Shown here: one piece after another, positions 13,501-24,311 of the stretch
How positions within the stretch are numbered: the stretch's first letter is position 1
Layout of the letters: each line of letters starts with the position of its first letter
From: Macrostomum hystrix
Lineage: Eukaryota; Animalia; Platyhelminthes
Assembly: GCA_950097015.1 (NCBI GenBank)
Contig: CATNEN010000034.1
Coordinates: 682,001-746,000 of the forward strand
Direction: 5' to 3'
DNA length: 64,000 nucleotides
The notes under the pieces: model-generated
Databases searched by the model: none
The model's input: the letters and a program-made list of their open reading frames with translations, nothing else
Told to the model about the DNA's origin: nothing
Program-made: the position numbers and the translations under genes

Positions 13501-14281
13501 ACCCTCTCCCTGATCCTTCAGTGTGTCAGCCTCACCCTCTCCCTGATCCTTCAGTGTGTCAGCCTCACCCTCCCCCTGATCCTTCAGTGTGTCAGCCTCA
13601 CCCTCTCCCTAATCCTTCAGTGTGTCAGCCTCACCCTCCCCCTGATCCTTCAGTGTGTCAGCCTCACCCTCTCCCTGATCCTTCAGTGTGTCAGCCTCAC
13701 CCTCTCCCTGATCCTTCAGTGTGTCAGCCTCACCCTCCCCCTGATCCTTCAGTGTGTCAGCCTCACCCTCTCCCTGATCCTTCAGTGTGTCAGCCTCACC
13801 CTCTCCCTGATCCTTCAGTGTGTCAGCCTCACCCTCCCCCTGATCCTTCAGTGTGGCAGCCTCACCCTCCCCCTGATCCTTCAGTGTGGCAGCCTCACCC
13901 TCCCCCTGATCATTCAGTGTGTCAGCCTCACCCTCTCCCTGATCCTTCAGTGTGTCAGCCTCACCCTCCCCCTGATCCTTCAGTGTGGCAGCCTCACCCT
14001 CCCCCTGATCCTTCAGTGTGGCAGCCTCACCCTCCCCCTGATCCTTCAGTGTGGCAGCCTCACCCTCCCCCTGATCATTCAGTGTGTCAGCCTCACCCTC
14101 CCCCTGATCATTCAGTGTGTCAGCCTCACCCTCCCCCTGATCCTTCAGAGTGTCAGCCTCACCCTCCCCCTGATCCTTCAGTGTGTCAGCCTCACCCTCC
14201 CCCTGATCCTTCAGTGTGTCAGCCTCACCCTCTACCTGATCCTTCAGTGTGTCAGCCTCACCCTCTCCCTGATCCTTCAGT
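10502..14281. repeat. 33-bp minisatellite (CTGATCCTTCAGTGTGTCAGCCTCACCCTCTCC), about 114 units
   Basis: Continuous 3.8-kb tandem array with a single 1-nt insertion near 11460 and variant units concentrated at the right end. Confidence 0.98.
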
Positions 14282-14641
14282 GACAGGCAAGCCTTTATTA
14301 TCAAACGGTTTCAAACTCAGTCATATTGTGCTGTTGTTCAGTAGAAATGGTTATTAACAGCAAAGCGTCACATTCTTCTTCTGTGCCTGTCTTTTATTCC
14401 AGCCAGATTTAATTGATTCTTTTTGTCTCTTCCAGCTCGCCCCAAATCCATGTATTTTATTTGTCAGCTGCCCCCCCGCTATTCTCAAACTCATATTGCT
14501 CTCCACATTATTCTATATTAGACCTGTAGAGCTCTCCGTGCGACAGTCTATACTCGTCTGGCACTAGTTCGTTGTGGAATTGATTTTGGTTTGAAATTGC
14601 CTGAAATTGCTTTCTGAGTCACGCGCGCTGCCTCCGCCGCC

Positions 14642-14642
<1 letters not shown>

Positions 14643-14732
<90 letters not shown>
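14643..14732. repeat. Pure (CTG)30 / (CAG)30 trinucleotide repeat
   Basis: 90 bp, uninterrupted. Confidence 0.97.
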
Positions 14733-16033
14733 ATCTAGAAGACGGAGAGCGCCAGATATAGTTCGCTCTCCATTCAGGAAGTCATTTTGCCCAGGCGAGT
14801 ATACACCTTGTTGACTTATTGAGCCGCGCAGAGCGAAGAAGACGATCACACGATACTCGGGGTGCTGGGGTGGGTGTCCGTTTGCTCAAGGATTGGACCC
14901 GCGCATTCTCGTCTGCTTCTAGCTATCCCATTGTTTGGCCTGTGGGTGTCCCTGCTTCTTCGCTGTCACACTCGCTAACTCTCTCAGATTATGGGGCCTT
15001 AGTCTATATAGATTTGCTTACCAATTCAGTAGCAGCACCTGCCCGGCCTGTCTCTGATTATCATGACTGCCTCCGTGCCATTCGGGGTGGAAAAACAGAG
15101 CGTTGACTATCACTCCATACATTCCCAATAGTCACTCCCTACCTTTGTTCCCAAATCGCCAGTTTTACGTGCAGCCAAGCCAATACTTTCAATTTGTCTT
15201 ACAGGTAAGCCTCCCGAGGCTTGACCGGAGCATGTTAATTCATTGTGTAATTAAACGCTTATGCATGATCACGCGCAGTACAAGCGCACACCTGTTGAAG
15301 ATTAGGGTCAGAATTAACGCCGACTGTCCAAAGTCTTGCTGACTTTTCGAGTTTATCAATGGTCTTCTTAGAAACGAAACTTTTGAAATCAGTTTTTGTT
15401 GCCTGAAAAGTGGCACCTCCTGTGAACTGCACTGTGTGATTTCCGGTCAGGACCCACTCTTCTGACCCGCCCAACCCATTGATTATCCCAGCTGGCACAG
15501 CCGCACCGATTCAAACTGACAATTTTCTGTAGCCGTGGCTTTCCCAAATCTGATGCCATTCCTGGAGATGCTGGGGCAGCGACGCATTCAAATTGAGCTG
15601 CTTCAACATGAAGTTGCGCCATCAGCATCCGCCTAGTTAATTACTACCTGGAGCTAGCTGATGAAGGACTGAGGACTTGAGTTTATTGAATTGAGACAGT
15701 ATAGCAGACTGACAGTATGGCGCTCAGGAAGTTATAATGAATCATTTGCTTAATACTACTCAGAAGTATACCGCATAGTAGCAATTTGTGCATTTTATAT
15801 CACTTCAAATGAGCAAAAATGAAACATTCTAAAGTTTGCCCTTAAGTTTCATACTCTTATATTGTATCCATCAAAAGAGTTACAATGCATACTGAGAAAC
15901 GCCACAGCGAAGGAAAGACCGCTTTCTGCGATTGCCGAATTTAAACAAATTATTTTATTTGACGACCCTACTGCGCGTCCGTTCTCAGATTAGAAAGTGA
16001 AGAGAGTTCGATCACTGTCTATGGGTGAGGCTT

Positions 16034-16831
16034 TCAGATGCGCTCGCTGCACTCCCTCTCGTTAATGATGGTGTACTGCGGGCTCGTCCAGGCCTTGAAC
16101 AGCACCTCGAAGCGGCAGCTGTAGGTCTTGGCGGAGTTGCTGACGGCGCACTCCTCGATGCCCTTGCCGTGGTTCTCGGGCACATTTGCGCAGATGGTCT
16201 CAATGAAGAGGCCGTAGAACTCAAACAGCATGCCGGCCACGACCTGCTTGGTGGCGTGGTCGTAGCGCACCAGAGAGTGCAGCCTTGACAGCTGGCTCTG
16301 ACGGTTGAACTCCACGGCGGCGATGGTCATGGCGCCCTGGAACATCGGCGAGGAGGACTCCTCCGGGGTCAGCGGCACCTTCTGGCCGGCGAAGGGCATC
16401 TCGCGGGGCGACATGCAGGACGGCTCGCTGACCATGCGGTACTCGGCGTTGACAGCCCACGGCTGGTAGAGCACCTTGAAGCTGCAGTGGAACTCCGAGG
16501 CGCCAAGCAGGTTCACCGGAGTGCACTTGGCCAGGTTCTCCAGGTTCTGAGCCTCGTGATTCTCGCAGCTGGTGGCGCGGAAGATGACGCTGAACTCGTA
16601 GAGGACGCCGGCGACCAGTTGCTGGGTGCCCTGGATGAAGTTGAACACGGTGTGGAAGCGCGGATGGTTGCTGAGCCGGTTCATCTCCAGGGTGGACATG
16701 TCAAGGGCGCCGCGGAACTCGGACGACCTGACGTCGTCGTCGGTCAGGGGCCGCTTGCCGCCGACCATGGAGCCGAGGGCGACGCCGGCCAGACAGCAGG
16801 CGATGGCTGACACGAGAGTCAGGCTCTTCAT
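16034..16831 (-). CDS. Secreted tandem two-domain cystatin (cysteine protease inhibitor), 265 aa, single coding exon
   Basis: Signal peptide MKSLTLVSAIACCLAGVALG. Domain 1 has N-terminal Gly, QLVAG and PW; domain 2 has Gly, QVVAG and AW, each with paired Cys. 5'UTR intron 16987-16842 (AAG|GTAAGT...CCCGCAG). AATAAA on the minus strand at 15954-15959. Confidence 0.92.
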   Translation of the reverse strand: MKSLTLVSAIACCLAGVALGSMVGGKRPLTDDDVRSSEFRGALDMSTLEMNRLSNHPRFHTVFNFIQGTQQLVAGVLYEFSVIFRATSCENHEAQNLENLAKCTPVNLLGASEFHCSFKVLYQPWAVNAEYRMVSEPSCMSPREMPFAGQKVPLTPEESSSPMFQGAMTIAAVEFNRQSQLSRLHSLVRYDHATKQVVAGMLFEFYGLFIETICANVPENHGKGIEECAVSNSAKTYSCRFEVLFKAWTSPQYTIINERECSERI

Positions 16832-17482
16832 GTTTGAACGGCTGCGGGTGGGCCGGTACGTTCAGTAAGACTAGATCTGTGGTTCTCATCAATCTATGCA
16901 AAGATCAGTTTTCGAGTCATTCGATATTCAAGGTAATGAAATTGAGAATATGAGATCGGATGTGACAAAGGCTACATAGGAACTTACCTTGGATAATAAT
17001 TAATCAGCTGTATCGAGGGTCCCGTTCAAAAGTTGAGAGTTGGTTTTTCTAAGACACTTGGCTGCGAATGAGCCCCTATAAATTGGATTGTGTGGGAAGA
17101 CGGCCTGTTGCCAAGACTCAGTAATAGATAAGAGCAACACTAGACCTGATTCATGGCTTTCGTCACGACAACGACAACTTCGGGTACAGTCAATTCCCAT
17201 TGTTTTGCTTTTCTTTCTTCCTTGCTAAACAGGTTTTGTCCAGTTTAGCAAGAGCCCTGGATTTTCTTCTGATTTTTATAGCGATCTCCAACAAATCGTG
17301 CAGATCCATAAAGTTTCTGAATACGTGACAGTTGTGCTTCTATACACAATTGGCAAATTTGCAACCAATGAGACTTTGTTGTGTGAAAAAAAACTTTTTT
17401 TTTAAAAGACGAAACAAATTTTTATGTCATTTCGAACTCGTAAAGGGCATTCTGCAGGGGCGCAGCTGAGGTGCAGTGGCGC

Positions 17483-17711
17483 CAAATCCAGTTAAGGTGG
17501 AGCCACCCAAATCCATAGTGGAGCCACCCAAATCCATAGTGGAGCTACCCAAATCCATAGTGGAGCCACCAAATCTATAGTGGAGCCACCAAAATCTATA
17601 GTGGAGTCACCCAAATCTATAGTGGAGTCACCCAAATCCATAGTGGAGCCACCCAAATCCATAGTGGAGCCACCCAAATCCAAAGTGGAGCCATCCAAAT
17701 CCAAGGTGGAG
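17483..17711. repeat. 21-bp minisatellite (CCACCCAAATCCATAGTGGAG)
   Basis: About 10 units between the cystatin 5' region and the LTR element. Confidence 0.93.
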
Positions 17712-18356
17712 TACTTGCTGTATTGTAGGCCCGCGCTTATTTGTAAGAAATGTCATTTAATATGTGTTATTTCCTGCTTGCTTTATTTATTATGGCTGGA
17801 TGCGGCTGAGGACGAGTTTAATTGCAAATTAGCGAGTCCGTAGACGCTTACGGCCAAACAACATCCTATGACAATTGTAGGCATGGACAATTATTTTTTT
17901 ATAAAAATAATTACAATATTATATTTCATATTTTACTTTTTTACTTTAATTATAATAAAAAAATTATTATTAATAATACGTGTTATTACTTTGTTATTGT
18001 TAAATGCTAATCATTTCTATTTTGTTTTCGCTCGCGCGCACCCTTACTGTACTTTCTTCTCTCTCCCTCTGTCGGCCCTTACCCTCGTCTCTGATTGGCG
18101 CAGGTCATCTCTCTTTCTTCACCCCCCGTCCCTTTCATCTCTCGGTAAATATATTATTGACTCTCGGCCTAAAGGGCACGCGCGCCCTCTTAACGTGCCT
18201 CGTTCAGAGCCATAAAATTCTTACTGTTAACCCTCAGTTATTTTGCCTTGAAGTCAATACATGGCGCCCAATGGTAAACAACGAACCAGATTAGTGTAGT
18301 AGTTAGCTTTCGGCAGTTTTTTTGACTGTTCGCTTTTCTTCGGTGTAAACGCAACG

Positions 18357-18597
18357 GCTCTCTCGCTCCTGGACTGCTGTCTCTCCTGTCGTGGCTCTCT
18401 CGCACCTGGACTGCTGTCTTTCCTGTCGCGGCACTCTCGCTCCTGGACACTGTCTCTCCTGTCGTGGCTCTCTCGCTCCTGGACACTGTCTCTCCTGTCG
18501 TGGCTCTCTCGCTCCTGGACTGCTGTCTCTCCTGTCGTGGCTCTCTCGCTCCTGGACTGCTGTCTCTCCTGTCGTGGCTCTCGCTTCTGGACTGTGG
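18357..18597 (+). repeat. 36-37-bp tandem repeat in the retrotransposon 5' leader
   Basis: Six full units plus a partial unit of GCTCTCTCGCTCCTGGACTGCTGTCTCTCCTGTCGTG between the PBS and gag. Confidence 0.93.
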
Positions 18598-18808
18598 TTT
18601 CTCCGGCTTCTCCCGGACTCTCGTTACTCAGCGCGAACTGCCAATTCTCGGTGACTCAGTTTTGACATTTATTTTGTTGGCAGTAGGCCTCGTGATTCGC
18701 CCCTCTGTTAATTTTCTGTCCTTTTCTTGTCCCTGTTTGCGGGTTTTTCTTTCTGCGCTCTGTTCCTCTGTCGTCTAGAGTTTCGGTCCAGTGCTGTCCG
18801 AGTTAGGC

Positions 18809-19741
18809 ATGTCGAAGGAAGAGTTATCCGAGTTGATTCGCAAGCGTGGCGTTGTTCGCTCGAGTCTGACCAAGGCTATACTTAGAGCCGAAGCTATTCT
18901 AGCTAGTGGGTCTCGTTTTGATTCCAAGGGAGTGGTGGAGGCAGAAGCTATTCTCGAGGTGTTGGCAACTAAACATGAGCAACTGAATGATTTTGACGGT
19001 AAGGTTGAACTCGCTGTCGATCAAGATACGTTAGATGAAGAACAAGAACAAAGCCAGAATTACTCTCTTAGAGCTAAGCAGACAATCAAGTTGTTAGGAA
19101 GATTTATTTCTTCTGGCGTTCCATCCTTGGATCCTCCATCGCTCAGACAGCCCAATATTAGCGTCAAATTGCCCAAACGGCATATTCCAGTCTTCGATGG
19201 CTCCATCTCTGAATGGCAGCCTTTCTGGGATCAGTTCGCGTCGTCCGTTGATTCCAATTCTACTCTGTCTGACATAGACAAATTCAACTACTTGCTTGAC
19301 TCTCTATCCGAATCGGCGCGAGCTTCGATTCGTGGGTTTGCGGTTACTGCTGCTAATTACCGTGAGGCATTGTCTACCCTCAAAGAACGGTATGGAAATC
19401 AGGATTTAATCATTCGCGACCTTATGTCGCAACTTTCTGACCTGCGTCTCACAGACACGTCTCTGCAGCAGTTGCAACGATTCCATGATGATATTGTCGC
19501 CGTGACTTTGAGCCTTAAAAATCAAGGCGTGTCAGAATCCTCTTATGAAAAACTTTTTCTCTCTAATCTCTTGAGACATTGCCCCGCTGACTTTCGTTTA
19601 GAACTGCATCGCGCGGCCAGCCTCATGAACAGGGAAATCGGCTCCGTCAATTCTCTGTTGCTGTGTCTTAAAAATGAAATCCAAATTCGCCAGGCAGCAG
19701 GTGCTGAATTTAGCAGGCCCCTTCTCATCGAGTTGGGATAA
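18809..19741 (+). CDS. gag: BEL/Pao gag N-terminal part (DUF1759-like region); start Met uncertain
   Basis: KLPKRHIPVFDGSISEWQPFWDQFASSVDSN...DIDKFNYLLDSL...NYREALSTLKERYG is typical BEL gag. Ends in TAA at 19739-19741. Confidence 0.88.
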   Translation: MSKEELSELIRKRGVVRSSLTKAILRAEAILASGSRFDSKGVVEAEAILEVLATKHEQLNDFDGKVELAVDQDTLDEEQEQSQNYSLRAKQTIKLLGRFISSGVPSLDPPSLRQPNISVKLPKRHIPVFDGSISEWQPFWDQFASSVDSNSTLSDIDKFNYLLDSLSESARASIRGFAVTAANYREALSTLKERYGNQDLIIRDLMSQLSDLRLTDTSLQQLQRFHDDIVAVTLSLKNQGVSESSYEKLFLSNLLRHCPADFRLELHRAASLMNREIGSVNSLLLCLKNEIQIRQAAGAEFSRPLLIELG

Positions 19742-22700
19742 GGCTCCAAGCAGTTCCAATCCCACTCGACTTGGCTCAGCCTGTGCTTTGGTCTCACAGA
19801 AAACACCCGCTCAATCACAGCTGACTCACCGTTTCAATGGGCCTAGACCCGGGTTTGAGACCTCTCAGAAAATCTTCTGCACCTATTGCCGGGCCAGTCA
19901 TAGTTCTGATCAATGTACTAAGTTATCGTCAGTGGCTGAACGCAGGGAATTTCTAAAAAATAACTCTCGCTGCTTTCGGTGCCTTCGCTCAGGCCACTCG
20001 GTCAAGTCTTGCCCTGACAATAGAGGCTGTCGCCAATGCGCAGGGTCTCATCACACTAGCATTTGCGCTAAGCCTCCTCAGCCCAATGCTGGGTCTGTAA
20101 AACAGAACAATCCGAAAAAGTCTTCGGCCGTCATACCTAGAAAAGGCCAGTGTCTCACAGCTGCATCGCAACAACTCACAGTAGACACACCAGCTTCTGC
20201 TCCACAAGAGCTAGGATCTAAAGGAGACACATTGACGTGTGCTGCCCAAGTTGCAACGAACTCTCAACCGCTTAACATGTTCATTCATCACAATCCTGCT
20301 GTTGCTCTTCCAGTCGCCAAAGCGATACTGCTTAGCCCTGATGGATCTCGAGAGTTACTGGTTCGAATCCTGCTTGATACCGCGAGTAATCGAACTTATG
20401 TTCGTCATGATGTCTGTCAACTTCTCGGAATCGTCCCAAAAAAGGCTGAACGGTTGCAAATCTCAGCTTTCTCTGGGATAAGTTCGATCATCGAATCCGG
20501 AAAAGTGACCCTCTCAATCCGAAAAATCGACTCACCACAGGTACTTCGCCTGAATGCCAACGTAGTCACGGACATTTGCCAGCCGCAGCGCTCAGTCCTG
20601 ACAGACAGCTATAGACATCTTTGCGATCTTGACTTAGCTGATCCATTCGATCCTCGCGACGCATCTACGCCCATCTCTATTCTGGTAGGGTCGGATCAGT
20701 ACTACCAGATTGTCAAAGATCAAATCGTGCGTGGTGCTTCTGGACCAGTTGCCATCGCTACGAAACTGGGCTTCGTGCTTTGTGGCCCACTGACAGTTTC
20801 TGTGAAAGACGAAGCTGATGATTCGATTGATGACGTCGCCTGCACTGCTGTGCAAGTTCTGTGCTGTACCACTCGGGAAGAGTTCAGTAGCGACGAGCAG
20901 CTACATTCCTTTTGGAAACTTGAGACATTGGGGATCGCGGAACAGGGTACAAAGGAGGTGATTGAACACTTTAATTGTAGCCCTCACTTTGTTCATGGTC
21001 GCTACTCCGTAAATCTTCCATGGAAGCAAGCCACTGCGCCGCTTTCACTCAACAGTCACTTTGACCTCGCTGTTCACCGACTGCACTCGACTATACGCAG
21101 GCTTTCAAAGGATCCTCGTTGTTGGAAACAATATAGTGACATTATCGAGGAACAGGAGGCTACTGGCATCATCGAAAGAGCTCCACTGTCCGATCATAAA
21201 CAACCAGTTCACTATTTACCTCATTCGTGTGTTTTGAAATCCGATAGCGAACATACCAAGCTTCGGATTGTCTACGATGGATCCGCAAAGTCTCATAAGG
21301 CGGACCTTTCAATTAATGATCTTTTGCAAAGCGGACCTAGCGAATTTCCGCATATTCCAGCTCTGTTGATTCGGTTTCGATGGCACTCAATCGCAGTTAT
21401 CGCAGATATTGAAAAGGCTTTTCTCCAAGTGGCGATTGACCAATCCGACAGAGATTTCCTTCGATTCCTTTGGCATGAATCGAACAATCAAACTGGTGAC
21501 GTTTCCATCGTCCAGTATCGATTTTGCCGAGTTCCATTCGGCCTGACCTGTTCGCCAGCTCTCTTGAAGGTCACGATTTTACGCCACCTTGAGACTCAAA
21601 AGTCCGATTATCCAAAGACCGTTTCAATTCTAAAGCGCGATTTTTATGTCGACAACCTAGTTACGAGCTGTGACTCCGTGGATGAAGCTCAACAAATACT
21701 TCAGGACGCTAAATCTCTGTTTCACATGGCAGGTATGAATCTACGACAATGGCAATCCAATTCCGAGAAATTTCTCGCCGGTATTCTCTCGGAGGATATC
21801 GGTCATGCCGGAAAGGTTCTTGGGTTGCGATGGAACCCTACTCACGATGTTCTAAGTTTAGACTTCCGTCATCAAGCTGAAACAGCTTCCTCACAAATTC
21901 CAACAAAGCGTTCAATCCTCGCGTTTCTCGCTAGAATTTATGACCCTCTCGGTCTACTTTCACCTCTGCTCACAGTTGCTAAATGTCTACTACAACAATT
22001 ATGCATTCGGAAAGTGACATGGGATGCTGAGATCCCCGCCGACATTGGTCAAATCTGGAGCCAATGGCTTCAATCAGTCCAAACTTTTAAATTGGACATA
22101 CCCCGCTTCCTATTCATTTCTCAACCATCCGAAGCCATCCTATACGGCTTTTGTGACGCTAGTGAAAAAGCGTTCGCTGCATGCATCTATGTGGCTGCGA
22201 CCTATCCCGATGGCTCACGGTCCTCAAATCTGTTGATTTCAAAATCGAGAGTAGCACCTATCGCACAGCTTTCGATTTCTCGACTAGAGCTATTGGCAGC
22301 ACTGATCTTGGTCCGACTAATGCACGCGACCTCACAGAACTTGTCCTCACTTCCTCGAAGGTTTTACACTGACAGCATGAACGCTTTGCAGTGGATAAAA
22401 AACGAATCAAAACAAAGAAAGCTCTTTGTGCAGAATCGTGTCAATGAAATCCGTCGTCTCTCCTCACCATCGGAATGGTTTCACGTATCGGGAGATTCGA
22501 ACCCTGCCGATTTACCTTCTCGTGGCTGCCTACTTGAGAAGCTAATTAACAACGAAATGTGGCTACATGGCCCTTCGTTTCTGTCGGCTGAAACACCAAT
22601 TAATTTGCCATCAGCAGCGATTGCACAAATACATTCAGGGGAAGGAAAATTTGACCAGAAGTCAGCTTCCCATTCAGCTAACCTCGCCGAAACTGAGTTC

Positions 22701-24311
22701 TCAAGTGAAAAAATAAACTCAGATGTTTCGCTCTCGATCTCACCTTCAGATTCACGTACTGTAGTTACTACGAGCACATATACAGTAGTTACAAAATCTG
22801 AACATTCTGACATCTCTTCGATTATCGACGTAACGAAATTCTCCAGCTGGATAAAACTAATACGCACTACTGCATGGATCCGACGATTCAGTAGCAACAT
22901 CAAAGCGCAACTCACGGGGGGAGCGAAGCAAACCTCGCTGATCACTGCTCAAGAGCTAACTGAGTGCGAACAACTTTGGATTCAATCATATCAGAGAAAC
23001 AACTTTCCTTTAGAGTTGAATCACCTGCACTACAAAGGTCCTGCAACTCAGTTAAGTCGCAACCTTAGTCTTCACTTGGATGAATTTGGACTAATTCGAT
23101 GCCGGGGTCGGCTATCAAATACTTCTCAGTTTGAAGTGAATAATCCGATCCTCTTGCCTCGACATGGCCATATGGAACGACTTCTCATCGATCATTGCCA
23201 TAAGCTAGTTTTTCATGGCGGTGTTGCAGATACACTCTGCAAACTTCGAGAAAAATACTGGCTCCTGAAAGGACGTCAGAGAGTCAAGCAAGCCTTGAGT
23301 CGATGTGTGACTTGCAAAAGAGTCCAGGGTCGGCCATTCGCAGTATCAACTGTACCGCCTTTGCCGGAATTTCGTCTGTCAGACATTCGTCCATTCCAAA
23401 CCGTAGGAATCGACTATGCCGGACCACTTCTTTACCGGTCTGTCATTCACAATACTGACAACAAAGCGTACATTCTCCTCTTCACATGCGCATCCACCCG
23501 CGCTGTTCATTTAGAAACTGTTTCTGACTTAACTACAGATCAATTCATCAATGGGCTTCGACGTTTTGTCGCTCGACGTGGAATTCCGTCAATCATTAGT
23601 GACAACGCCAGAACCTTCACTTCAGCAGCAAAACTCCTAGCAGCCAACATTACGCAAGACGTTCAGAGTTTTTGTGCTTCGAAGGGAATTTCTTGGTCGT
23701 TTATTCCAGCCAAAGCCCCATGGTGGGGAGGCTTTTGGGAGCGTCTTGTTAGGTCCATAAAGAATGCTCTTCGAAAATCTTTGGGCCGTTCTCTGCTCTC
23801 GTTTGACCAGCTATCAACGTTAATTATCGAAGTTGAATCCGTCATCAATAGCCGCCCGCTACTTTATGTTTCTTCTGACGAGCTGGACGAGATCTTAACT
23901 CCGTCCCATTTTCTTACGCTGCGTCGGCTCACTCAAGAACCTGTCTCATCCACTGCCGATCTCTCCTTGCTCTCACTTCCAAACCACCTCAGCTTGCTCA
24001 GGTCTGCATTAGCCAGATTTTGGCATACCTGGAGCACCGACTACATCCGCTCTCTGCGAGAAATATCGACTGGTAGCACCCGAGGTACTCGTGAACCTAG
24101 GGTAGGTGAAGTCGTTCTTATTGAGGGTGAAAAACATCAGTCGCGTCTTCTTTGGAAGCTTGGTACTGTCGAAGCAGTTTCTCGGGGTCGTGATGGCTCC
24201 TGTCGCTCTGCCTTGGTCCGTCTGGCCCGTTCTCAAGACGCTCGGAGGGCAGAGTGCATTCGAAGACCCGTTCAGGCTCTCTTTCCCTTGGAGTTTTCGA
24301 TCTCCGACTAA
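19674..24311 (+). CDS. pol: BEL/Pao gag zinc knuckles plus pol polyprotein (PR-RT-RNase H-integrase)
   Basis: Three Cys/His knuckles (CTYCRASHSSDQC, CFRCLRSGHSVKSC, CRQCAGSHHTSIC), protease LLDTAS, RT ADIEKAF...FYVDN, RNase H FCDASEKA, integrase HH-CC plus GIDYAG/SDN/WERL, and C-terminal FWHTWSTDY. Confidence 0.96.
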   Translation: MKSKFARQQVLNLAGPFSSSWDKAPSSSNPTRLGSACALVSQKTPAQSQLTHRFNGPRPGFETSQKIFCTYCRASHSSDQCTKLSSVAERREFLKNNSRCFRCLRSGHSVKSCPDNRGCRQCAGSHHTSICAKPPQPNAGSVKQNNPKKSSAVIPRKGQCLTAASQQLTVDTPASAPQELGSKGDTLTCAAQVATNSQPLNMFIHHNPAVALPVAKAILLSPDGSRELLVRILLDTASNRTYVRHDVCQLLGIVPKKAERLQISAFSGISSIIESGKVTLSIRKIDSPQVLRLNANVVTDICQPQRSVLTDSYRHLCDLDLADPFDPRDASTPISILVGSDQYYQIVKDQIVRGASGPVAIATKLGFVLCGPLTVSVKDEADDSIDDVACTAVQVLCCTTREEFSSDEQLHSFWKLETLGIAEQGTKEVIEHFNCSPHFVHGRYSVNLPWKQATAPLSLNSHFDLAVHRLHSTIRRLSKDPRCWKQYSDIIEEQEATGIIERAPLSDHKQPVHYLPHSCVLKSDSEHTKLRIVYDGSAKSHKADLSINDLLQSGPSEFPHIPALLIRFRWHSIAVIADIEKAFLQVAIDQSDRDFLRFLWHESNNQTGDVSIVQYRFCRVPFGLTCSPALLKVTILRHLETQKSDYPKTVSILKRDFYVDNLVTSCDSVDEAQQILQDAKSLFHMAGMNLRQWQSNSEKFLAGILSEDIGHAGKVLGLRWNPTHDVLSLDFRHQAETASSQIPTKRSILAFLARIYDPLGLLSPLLTVAKCLLQQLCIRKVTWDAEIPADIGQIWSQWLQSVQTFKLDIPRFLFISQPSEAILYGFCDASEKAFAACIYVAATYPDGSRSSNLLISKSRVAPIAQLSISRLELLAALILVRLMHATSQNLSSLPRRFYTDSMNALQWIKNESKQRKLFVQNRVNEIRRLSSPSEWFHVSGDSNPADLPSRGCLLEKLINNEMWLHGPSFLSAETPINLPSAAIAQIHSGEGKFDQKSASHSANLAETEFSSEKINSDVSLSISPSDSRTVVTTSTYTVVTKSEHSDISSIIDVTKFSSWIKLIRTTAWIRRFSSNIKAQLTGGAKQTSLITAQELTECEQLWIQSYQRNNFPLELNHLHYKGPATQLSRNLSLHLDEFGLIRCRGRLSNTSQFEVNNPILLPRHGHMERLLIDHCHKLVFHGGVADTLCKLREKYWLLKGRQRVKQALSRCVTCKRVQGRPFAVSTVPPLPEFRLSDIRPFQTVGIDYAGPLLYRSVIHNTDNKAYILLFTCASTRAVHLETVSDLTTDQFINGLRRFVARRGIPSIISDNARTFTSAAKLLAANITQDVQSFCASKGISWSFIPAKAPWWGGFWERLVRSIKNALRKSLGRSLLSFDQLSTLIIEVESVINSRPLLYVSSDELDEILTPSHFLTLRRLTQEPVSSTADLSLLSLPNHLSLLRSALARFWHTWSTDYIRSLREISTGSTRGTREPRVGEVVLIEGEKHQSRLLWKLGTVEAVSRGRDGSCRSALVRLARSQDARRAECIRRPVQALFPLEFSISD

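Noticed and set aside
10488-14357. Very long ORFs (1289 aa, 946 aa, 316 aa) of LILQCVSLTLS / PDPSVCQPHPL repeats
   Set aside because: These are translations of a 33-bp array whose unit lacks stops in some frames. A 1-nt insertion swaps frames mid-array, and there is no unique domain or splice context.
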